Source of the DNA: a virus
Lineage: Duplodnaviria > Caudoviricetes
Length of the DNA stretch: 26,791 bases
Reading direction: 5' to 3' (one strand)
IMG/VR virus record: IMGVR_UViG_3300008218_000039
Location: 1 to 26,791 of that record
The position numbers were made by a program, and so were the translations under genes. This document shows, in pieces, positions 20,057 to 26,791 of this stretch (position 1 is the first letter of the stretch; every line of letters starts with the position of its first letter). The notes beneath the pieces were generated by a model. It made no database searches, had not been told where the DNA came from, and saw only the letters and a list, made by a program, of their open reading frames with translations.

Positions 20057-20177
20057 CTTTTCTCCTTGTTAAAATTGGTAAATAAGAACGTAGAATTGTT
20101 TCAAGAACTTTAATCTGCTTCTTGAGCTCTATATTCTCTAACAATATCTTCTTAAATAGTTTCTGTAAGTGTTTCAT
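20046..20177 (-). CDS. Unannotated 43-aa coiled-coil ORF MKHLQKLFKKILLENIELKKQIKVLETILRSYLPILTRRKDDI
   Basis: Open frame read manually; it overlaps the next gene start and has heptad leucines. It lacks an SD and its AUG sits at a stem base. Confidence 0.45.
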   Translation of the reverse strand: MKHLQKLFKKILLENIELKKQIKVLETILRSYLPILTRRKDDI

Positions 20178-20330
20178 AAGGGGGCAGCAAATGTGGTATG
20201 TGTGAATACACGATCATCAAGCCTAAGGAATGCGTACCCCCCTATAAATTTATACTCCATACACAGACCCTAACCGATATTTATCTGCGATTCTACGATG
20301 ATCAATCTCGAAAGGACTAATCTGGAGTAC
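20176..20330 (-). ncRNA. Tandem structured RNA elements in the minus-strand transcript
   Basis: Minus-strand stems AUAGGGGGGUA-C-GCA/UGC-UGCCCCCUUAU and GUACUCCA/UGGAGUAU. Mismatches on the + strand become G-U pairs on the - strand. Confidence 0.45.
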
Positions 20331-20339
20331 CTAGGATAC

Positions 20340-21128
20340 TTATGCAACTGCTCTACAAAGACCATCTACTATGGTAGCATTCTGCCCATATGTAGTAATG
20401 GTAGGATTCTCTTTATGCCATAACAAATCTGTACCGGCATTAAGTAAATTCCAACCACTATAATCTTCTTTACTGGTATGAGTAAACCTATCTACAATTT
20501 GTCCCCAAATACTAACAGGAATTTCTTGTAGATGATTATGTCTAACATCACCAAGTACATCCATAGTAACTTCTAAAGCACTTAATTTTCTTAGATTCTT
20601 TATAAAATCATCTAATTGATAAGTACCACTAACAAGATTATTAATATTGGTCACTACCTGTTCAAGACTATCACCCCAATCTTCACTCTTAGGTTCATGT
20701 TTGAATCTATAAGTATTGAAGTGATCTTTACTCATCATACCATTGGTACATATGAGACGATATAACATCATAGCAAAGCCAAATGCTTTAGAACCATCAT
20801 AGGAGTTCCAAAATTGCATGCCTAAGGCTACATCGTCACCTACCTTAACCTCACCTGCTATATGTTGAGATTTCATGGAATACACGAAATTTCGACCATT
20901 AAAGAATGTTTTATCATGAACAAAGTCAATTTTACATTCTTCAGCTACTTGATGAGCAGCATTTTTTACTTCTTCATTAGGTAGTAACATATAGTTATTA
21001 CCTACTACACCTACTTCTGACCAACTGAATGAAGTATCATTTGGTTTTTGCATCTGTACACTAAAGGCAGATGATTGTATACCATCATAATCTAATGGTA
21101 CTTTTCTTATTGGTAAATAAGGGTTCAT
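20340..21128 (-). CDS. DUF932/DUF945-family phage/plasmid protein, 262 aa
   Basis: Signature NSYDGS..F.....RLICTNGM, plus VGVVGNNY..L.N and the C-terminal W.L.NA.T. Confidence 0.8.
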   Translation of the reverse strand: MNPYLPIRKVPLDYDGIQSSAFSVQMQKPNDTSFSWSEVGVVGNNYMLLPNEEVKNAAHQVAEECKIDFVHDKTFFNGRNFVYSMKSQHIAGEVKVGDDVALGMQFWNSYDGSKAFGFAMMLYRLICTNGMMSKDHFNTYRFKHEPKSEDWGDSLEQVVTNINNLVSGTYQLDDFIKNLRKLSALEVTMDVLGDVRHNHLQEIPVSIWGQIVDRFTHTSKEDYSGWNLLNAGTDLLWHKENPTITTYGQNATIVDGLCRAVA

Positions 21129-21280
21129 GGGGTATTCTCCTTGTTTTTTAGTTTTGTTATTTCTCTTTCTAATATATCCAGTACTTCAAGTATTCCATCT
21201 AACTGTTCTATTACTCTCGACCTGAAAATATTCATTCCATCTTTCCAATCGGCTTCTTCTGCCATTTTGTCTTGAAACAT
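21125..21280 (-). CDS. Unannotated hypothetical protein, 51 aa (MFQDKMAEEADWKDG...)
   Basis: Fills the gap and is coupled by TAATG and ATGA overlaps at its two ends. Confidence 0.55.
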   Translation of the reverse strand: MFQDKMAEEADWKDGMNIFRSRVIEQLDGILEVLDILEREITKLKNKENTP

Positions 21281-21462
21281 TATTTGATCCTTTTCCTAAA
21301 TACGGCTTTAGCTCCTTCTGAATTAGTCCTTATGGTTGTAGTCTTACCAGTAAGTCTGGAGATAGATTCTTTTTCAATCATCAACCATTCAAGAACAGTA
21401 ATATAAGTTCCTTTATACCATGTTTCATCTTCAGGATTTAACCATTTTGTTATTTGTATCAT
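21280..21462 (-). CDS. Hypothetical protein, 60 aa
   Basis: ATGA overlap with the primase-helicase stop. Confidence 0.55.
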   Translation of the reverse strand: MIQITKWLNPEDETWYKGTYITVLEWLMIEKESISRLTGKTTTIRTNSEGAKAVFRKRIK

Positions 21463-23192
21463 CTTATATCCGTACCATTAACAATTAATTCAAGATTTAA
21501 TGTTTCTCTTTCTCTGTTGGCTGTGCATACAACCTTTAATGATTTAATGAGATTATTTTCATCTTTATATGGTGTTAATGATAGGACTTTATTGGCATTA
21601 TAACCAATACGAAATGATCCTTTGGCTGAAGTTATATCCATACCTTCATGAAATGCTTGCTTTGTTATTTCAGATACTGCAAATACTACTACATTATTGT
21701 GAATTGCAACTTCCATTAAAGCTTGCGATACTTCTTCAACTTTCATATTATTATCATGCTTTTGAGATTTAAACAAACCCATATGATCTACCACTACTAT
21801 CTCTGGTTTATATGGTAACATCATAATACGTTTATTAAGTTCATGAGAATAACAGCTATTATAATCTATAGTAAGCCAATCAAAGTTTTGTGAAATTCCA
21901 TTAGCATATTGCGTATAATGAGCTTTAAGTTCATCTTCATTCCAACCTTTTTCCATCATAACGAAACGCATCCACATCTGACGTGGTGACATTTCCATTT
22001 CAATGAAATAAGTTGGACGTTTAAGTTTATGTATCCAACTCTGTAAGAGCATGGTTTTCATAGACTTAGGTGGTGCTTGTAAGATAACAACCTCACCAGG
22101 ATATATAGGAAAGTCTTGTCCATATAACTTACCTATATTTATAGGATCTAAATCTCTTGTGAAGAAATCAACAAGTTCTTTCTCCATAGCTTTAGCATCC
22201 ATCATATTCTGAGACTTCTTAGTCTTATAAAGCACACATGTAGATTCACAATGATTGTCCATATGAATATCAGTACAACCATAATTATAGCCATTACCAT
22301 TATGACCTTCATAACAATCAGTTACAATCTTATCCATTTCCTTCTTAGTAAAGGGATGTTTAGGTAAATCTACCCTTGTCCTCCAATCTTCCATAACTAA
22401 TCTTACTACATGCTCAGGATATCTCCATCTTAGAAATGCACCTACACGTAAAGCTATCTGATGTCTTGATCCTTGACCAGTACCAGCCATCATAGTTTGA
22501 ATACATGGATACCATACAGGATCAGGACTCTTACCAAGAGTAACAGTTTCAAATGTTTTATCACTTGCTATAGTTTTACGTTTTAATACATCAAATACAG
22601 GTTCACATTCTAATGTTTGCCATGCATAAGTACTTCTTTTGCTTTTTGCTAAAGCTTGTATTTCTGTTATAGGTTTATGTAGTTCAGCTTGTAATAACGG
22701 TATCTTCCACAAATTAGATTTCTTATTGAGAGTATTAACAACTCTTATTAATCTAGTTTTATCAGATACAGATACATCTGCATATTCATAAATACCTCTA
22801 GCCATCAATTCATCTTTCACCATTAAGTGGAGATTAGGTGCTGGTTTCCATCTAAACGCAGATCCGGGTATGCCTAAATGAAATCCAGTTCCAGAAAAGT
22901 AAACTTGATATGGAATACATAGATCATTTAGGACAATACTTAAACCAATTGTTTTTTGTCGAGCATTTTCTGGATTAGAACCATCAACATCGAGAATAAA
23001 TTCATCAGGCATATAAAGCATTCCATCATATGATGCAAGAGTACCTTTCTGTTTAACATAATCAATTACATGATTATCATAATCCCATAAGGACATGAAA
23101 GTATCTTGTGCCATACCGGCCCATTTCTCAATATCGTGTACATCTCCAAAATGATGTCGATTTGCTAATCCAAATGCAAACTCTTTAATCAT
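21459..23192 (-). CDS. Primase-helicase fusion: AEP primase, PriL-like Cys domain and RecA/SF4-like helicase, 577 aa
   Basis: AEP motifs ILDVD, FSGTGFH and D..R.IR..NT.N; middle PCI...RH...FL...C..C...C; C-terminal APPKSMKT (Walker A-like), FIEMEM and VVVDH (Walker B). Confidence 0.8.
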   Translation of the reverse strand: MIKEFAFGLANRHHFGDVHDIEKWAGMAQDTFMSLWDYDNHVIDYVKQKGTLASYDGMLYMPDEFILDVDGSNPENARQKTIGLSIVLNDLCIPYQVYFSGTGFHLGIPGSAFRWKPAPNLHLMVKDELMARGIYEYADVSVSDKTRLIRVVNTLNKKSNLWKIPLLQAELHKPITEIQALAKSKRSTYAWQTLECEPVFDVLKRKTIASDKTFETVTLGKSPDPVWYPCIQTMMAGTGQGSRHQIALRVGAFLRWRYPEHVVRLVMEDWRTRVDLPKHPFTKKEMDKIVTDCYEGHNGNGYNYGCTDIHMDNHCESTCVLYKTKKSQNMMDAKAMEKELVDFFTRDLDPINIGKLYGQDFPIYPGEVVILQAPPKSMKTMLLQSWIHKLKRPTYFIEMEMSPRQMWMRFVMMEKGWNEDELKAHYTQYANGISQNFDWLTIDYNSCYSHELNKRIMMLPYKPEIVVVDHMGLFKSQKHDNNMKVEEVSQALMEVAIHNNVVVFAVSEITKQAFHEGMDITSAKGSFRIGYNANKVLSLTPYKDENNLIKSLKVVCTANRERETLNLELIVNGTDIR

Positions 23193-23225
23193 TAGTTCTC
23201 CCTATTTTTTCTAATAGTCTATCTA

Positions 23226-23456
23226 TCATTCTATCTCCTTACATGCAAAACACACTTGATTATATAATCCTCTTCTTGGGAAGTTTTTATAATAGTGTGT
23301 TGTTGAAATTTGTTTATACTGATTATGTGTCATTTCATAAGCACGATTACATTCTGGACATAATTTAACAGCAAATGATTCTCTTTCATTAACTCTTAAT
23401 TTACTTGCAGATCTAGCATATGTTAGATTATATGTTAATCCCCAGTCATTTATCAT
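23226..23456 (-). CDS. Zinc-ribbon-like protein, 76 aa
   Basis: CPEC...CFAC. Confidence 0.55.
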   Translation of the reverse strand: MINDWGLTYNLTYARSASKLRVNERESFAVKLCPECNRAYEMTHNQYKQISTTHYYKNFPRRGLYNQVCFACKEIE

Positions 23457-23695
23457 TTTTTCTCCTTTTTCATTGCTTTATGATCTTGTTCTTCATGATA
23501 TGTTTCATCATCACAATCAGCACATAAAGCATTAAGTTGATTACCATGAAGACAGCAGTCATTTTCATTAAATTTCTTGTGATCTTCCCATAATTTCCAC
23601 ATTATATCAGCAAAAATAAATTGATTTTTCTTACATTCATGCATATTACCCATTTGAGTTTTATACCATAATTTAACTATATCATTAAGATTCAT
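23453..23695 (-). CDS. Hypothetical Cys/His-containing protein, 80 aa
   Basis: AGGAG RBS; CCLH...CADC. Confidence 0.5.
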   Translation of the reverse strand: MNLNDIVKLWYKTQMGNMHECKKNQFIFADIMWKLWEDHKKFNENDCCLHGNQLNALCADCDDETYHEEQDHKAMKKEKK

Positions 23696-23868
23696 TATTT
23701 TACTCCTAAAAATTCTTTAGATTTATTAACTAATATTTCTTCAGCTTCACTTAGATCACTATCCATATACTCTACCCACATTTTTAATAATTCAGTGGAA
23801 TATTCTAACCTATCTATTGCTTTCTTAATTTCTTTACCTATTTCATCATCTGTTATTTTTCTTGACAT
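23695..23868 (-). CDS. Unannotated hypothetical protein, 57 aa (MSRKITDDEIGKEIKK...)
   Basis: AAGGAG RBS; TAATG coupling to the next gene. Confidence 0.6.
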   Translation of the reverse strand: MSRKITDDEIGKEIKKAIDRLEYSTELLKMWVEYMDSDLSEAEEILVNKSKEFLGVK

Positions 23869-23881
23869 ATATCTCCTTAAA

Positions 23882-23966
23882 TGAGAAGGCTATATTAGCC
23901 GCTGTATTATTATCCCCACTTGAATAGTTCAGAATAATATTGTCAATACTAATATAGCCTATCTCA
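23882..23966 (-). repeat. 17-bp inverted repeat forming a long hairpin downstream of SSB
   Basis: TGAGA-AGGCTATATTAG pairs with CTAATATAGCCTATCTCA (one bulge); inner TATTATT/AATAATA. Confidence 0.65.
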
Positions 23967-23976
23967 ATGGGGTTAC

Positions 23977-24537
23977 TTAGAAAGGAATTTCTGCATCACC
24001 TGTTGTAGTAGTAGTAGTATCTAAATTTACAGTACCTACACCATTAGTGGTAGTTGCAGTTCTTTTAGCATGCTGTTTTTCGACATTTCTCTTTAAGCGT
24101 GCAACATCATCATCAGTCCAAGTAATATGTTCAGTTTCCTGAACTACAGGAACTAAGTCAAAAGTCCTACTATATTCCTTACCATCAGTTGTACTTGTTT
24201 CTTTAACAAACAAAACATTTACACGTGTACCAACTAGATTAGTAACTTCATCATCATACTGAATTACAGGATTCTTACCTGTAGGATCTTGTAAAACACT
24301 AATGATACCAGCACAAGCAAATCTGAATAGGTTTGCAATCTTAAATTCTTCTCCAGTTGTTTTATTACTAGCTTCAAATACACGATGACGCATATTATCA
24401 GGATAACCTTCAAAGTTTAGATCTATGGTTCTTTTCTCACCCCATTTACCATCAACAGCCTTACTAATAGTAAGTTCATGCCATCCTGCATTGTATTGTC
24501 CAGTACCTGTATTTTTTGCCATTGTTTTTACAGCCAT
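23977..24537 (-). CDS. Putative single-stranded DNA-binding protein, 186 aa
   Basis: OB-like beta pattern, Thr-rich linker and acidic-aromatic tail DAEIPF, directly downstream of ERF. Confidence 0.6.
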   Translation of the reverse strand: MAVKTMAKNTGTGQYNAGWHELTISKAVDGKWGEKRTIDLNFEGYPDNMRHRVFEASNKTTGEEFKIANLFRFACAGIISVLQDPTGKNPVIQYDDEVTNLVGTRVNVLFVKETSTTDGKEYSRTFDLVPVVQETEHITWTDDDVARLKRNVEKQHAKRTATTTNGVGTVNLDTTTTTTGDAEIPF

Positions 24538-24539
24538 CT

Positions 24540-25031
24540 TTATGCTCCTTTATTAGTTAATATAGTTTTAGCGTGATTTTGAGTAATACCTTTGCTTTGA
24601 GAAGCTGCATTACCATCATCATCATATTGAGCTATACCTGTGATTGCAGATAATCCATATCTACGTCCATATGTAATGGTAGAGCCAATACTTTGAGCAG
24701 TAATCTTCTCTATAGGCATTTTCAATTTAGATTTAATCCATTGACCGGATTCATGTAGTAACATAGTTGTTACAAAAAATTCTCCAGGATTGGAATCATT
24801 ACCTTGAATTACAGATAATCCATACTTTGTTAAATGTGGAAATGATGATTCAATTACAGTATGAAGATCAGCGTATCCAGAATTAAAGAATGGATTTACT
24901 GATTTCTTTTCAGCACCTTTTATCTCAGATTGAGCTTTAGATAGTGCTGTTGCAAGTTTATCAATCTTATCTGATTTCCATATTTCAGAAGTCTGGAGGT
25001 CAGCATTTTCTACTGGAATAGTTTCTTCCAT
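24540..25031 (-). CDS. erf: ERF-family ssDNA-annealing recombinase, 163 aa
   Basis: NPFFNSGYADL and GSTITYGRRYGLSAITGIAQYDDDG are hallmark ERF motifs. Confidence 0.88.
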   Translation of the reverse strand: MEETIPVENADLQTSEIWKSDKIDKLATALSKAQSEIKGAEKKSVNPFFNSGYADLHTVIESSFPHLTKYGLSVIQGNDSNPGEFFVTTMLLHESGQWIKSKLKMPIEKITAQSIGSTITYGRRYGLSAITGIAQYDDDGNAASQSKGITQNHAKTILTNKGA

Positions 25032-25054
25032 TGGGGTTCTCCTTATATTAAGAG

Positions 25055-25216
25055 TTATTTAGTTTGGTTTTTGATTTGCTTACGTTTAATGAGTTCAAAC
25101 ATACGAGACTTTATTATTTTAATAAATTTGTATGATCTTGATTCATTTAACGCTTTGAGGTATAGCTCCACATAAGATTTTATTACTATATCCTCTGTAT
25201 TTGACTCGCTAATCAT
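25055..25216 (-). CDS. Unannotated hypothetical protein, 53 aa (MISESNTEDIVIKSY...)
   Basis: Open frame filling the gap; weak RBS. Confidence 0.4.
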   Translation of the reverse strand: MISESNTEDIVIKSYVELYLKALNESRSYKFIKIIKSRMFELIKRKQIKNQTK

Positions 25217-25234
25217 ATGTAAATATAATATGAT

Positions 25235-25432
25235 CTAGGTCACATTTACAAGGTCTTTTTCAAGAAATCCTTCAAGTTTATTAGCTATAGCTATAACTTC
25301 TTCCCATGAATATGAAAATTCACTAAAACCAACTTCTTTAGTAGTAGTGTATATTTCAACACTGGGTTTAGTTCTATATGCTAATGTTTTTCCATCTATT
25401 TCATCTACAATTTCTAATTTATTTTTTTCCAT
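25235..25432 (-). CDS. Hypothetical protein, 65 aa
   Basis: GGAG RBS, operon context. Confidence 0.55.
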   Translation of the reverse strand: MEKNKLEIVDEIDGKTLAYRTKPSVEIYTTTKEVGFSEFSYSWEEVIAIANKLEGFLEKDLVNVT

Positions 25433-25580
25433 CTTTTATCTCCGTAATTTTAAGTGTTAAATCAGCAGCATTACGTAAAAGTTCATTAGCCATAAGAATT
25501 TCCTTGACATGTTCTTCACTTTCAGCACCGACTTTAATTGGATAGGAAATTAATACATCATATGTCTTTATTTCATTCAT
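25419..25580 (-). CDS. Unannotated hypothetical protein, 53 aa (MNEIKTYDVLISYPIKV...)
   Basis: AAGGAG RBS; ATGA overlap with the upstream ORF. Confidence 0.55.
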   Translation of the reverse strand: MNEIKTYDVLISYPIKVGAESEEHVKEILMANELLRNAADLTLKITEIKDGKK

Positions 25581-25720
25581 TTCTTCAATCTCCTTATATA
25601 GTTTTCAGTTATCATTGATTTAATAATAGGTGTAACTCCTCCGGTATGCTTATCGCTAAGTTTCCGAAGGAGTTTATCAGCCCATTCTAGTTGTTCTTTC
25701 TTACTAGAGAATTTACGCAT
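25577..25720 (-). CDS. Unannotated hypothetical protein, 47 aa (MRKFSSKKEQLEWADK...)
   Basis: TAATG coupling to the 339-aa gene stop. Confidence 0.5.
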   Translation of the reverse strand: MRKFSSKKEQLEWADKLLRKLSDKHTGGVTPIIKSMITENYIRRLKK

Positions 25721-26739
25721 TATGTTAATATGATTGGTTTAACATAATTCTCACTTGTTGATTCACCTCTCCAAGTATCTCCAGTAGATATGATACCATC
25801 ACCATCACGCCAAGATAGTGCAGCTTTAACAGTAGCTTCTTGTATATTTTCATTACGCCAACCTCCACCTTCACCACTAACATTAGCTATACCTTCAAAA
25901 TGACTTTCTCCTGTAGAAGGATTAATCATTTCAAGATATAAGCCCCATCTAGAATCTTCACGTTCACTTGTTAGATCAGGAATGTTAACGTTTATTAATC
26001 TATAGAACCTTCCATCAATAGTATCCTCGTCTTCAACTTTAGTTTCCAATGTAGATATAACCTTTTCTAAACCATGAAAGTTTAGTATATCATTTCTACG
26101 ATCAGTATTACGAAGTTTAAAGATATCATCTATAGGAAGTAAAGCATAATTACCATCAGCAGCTAAGTATCTTTGATTAGCTTCATGATTGTTCTTATTA
26201 GCTATACGATTTCTACGTCTAGTATATCTGTCAGTTTCTTTAGCAGCTGTAAATCTCTTAATAGATTCTTTAGTAGGTTTATTAATAAGACTACCAGTTT
26301 TAAGATCTATTTTCATTCCAACCCAAGGAGTAAATACTATCTTATTCCATAATTTCATCATATATGCTGATCTACAGAATCTAATTGTCCATTGGTTATT
26401 AGGATTTCTAGGTTGTATACCTTGACGCATCAACTGTTTAAGAATATAACCAGCACTACTATGCCAATATTTTTGACTTTCAGAACAAATTCTTAAAACA
26501 TAATCTGTAATGGTAGCTATATGAGTACCTTGAGTTGTACCATAATCATAACTATTATGAACAGTATGAAAATCTATGACATTCTTATTTCTCTTAGTAG
26601 CTACATAAATAGTATATCTATCACCTATTGCACCTCTGAAATATACATTTTCACGTATTTTACCATATTCAATAAGCCATTCAACTTTAGCATTATTAAG
26701 ATGTCTTGCACCATAATCTTCACATTTAATCTGCGACAT
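25720..26739 (-). CDS. Hypothetical protein with DUF6745-like C-terminal motif, 339 aa
   Basis: LEMINPSTGESHFE...T...ALSW resembles the (C/N)PSTG...A.AW module. GGAGG RBS. Confidence 0.5.
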   Translation of the reverse strand: MSQIKCEDYGARHLNNAKVEWLIEYGKIRENVYFRGAIGDRYTIYVATKRNKNVIDFHTVHNSYDYGTTQGTHIATITDYVLRICSESQKYWHSSAGYILKQLMRQGIQPRNPNNQWTIRFCRSAYMMKLWNKIVFTPWVGMKIDLKTGSLINKPTKESIKRFTAAKETDRYTRRRNRIANKNNHEANQRYLAADGNYALLPIDDIFKLRNTDRRNDILNFHGLEKVISTLETKVEDEDTIDGRFYRLINVNIPDLTSEREDSRWGLYLEMINPSTGESHFEGIANVSGEGGGWRNENIQEATVKAALSWRDGDGIISTGDTWRGESTSENYVKPIILT

Positions 26740-26791
26740 ATCTAGACCTCCCAGTCATATGATCAAACTCACGTACTATACGTACAACATA

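Noticed and set aside
25055-25432. TAG stop of the 65-aa ORF is in frame with the next 53-aa ORF, suggesting amber recoding as in some crAss-like phages
   Set aside because: Large genes are intact under the standard code, and other TAG stops (3848, 6450) are directly followed by an RBS and a new start, so TAG acts as a stop.
25634-25674. Hairpin AACTCCT...AGGAGTT
   Set aside because: It lies within a plausible 47-aa coupled ORF, has no U-tract and cannot be separated from chance.
19728-26745. Plus-strand ORFs 19728-19913, 21569-21772, 26189-26425 and 26521-26745
   Set aside because: They are antisense to well-supported minus-strand genes.
1-26791. CRISPR array, tRNA, integrase, reverse transcriptase/DGR or intein
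   Set aside because: I saw no spaced direct repeats, cloverleaf, YxDD RT context or intein splice motifs by eye.

Overview
AT-rich fragment of a tailed dsDNA bacteriophage genome, probably podovirus-like, with two convergent gene blocks. The + strand block (107-18101) is a virion/ejection module: a tail stabilisation protein, a small gp53-like tail-fibre-domain protein, three Cys-free putative ejected proteins, a 2973-aa giant and an 871-aa internal-virion-like protein. The giant carries the ordered motif set of a single-chain two-barrel (DPBB) RNA polymerase (DGG..S, GKG, S..K, DNDGD, ALD), so it is most likely a virion-packaged RNAP of the crAss-like/YonO/QDE-1 class. The giant, an unannotated 34-aa two-Cys peptide and the 871-aa protein lie in one reading frame, separated only by single TAA stops. 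The only cysteines I found in about 5000 aa of ejection proteins flank that peptide. The - strand block (18137-26739) is an early/replication module: Holliday junction resolvase, a nuclease-like gene, an NTP-pyrophosphatase-like gene, DUF932, an AEP primase/Fe-S/helicase fusion, SSB, ERF recombinase and many small ORFs. Several intergenic gaps fold into long stems. All family assignments come from reading motifs by eye; no database searches were run.
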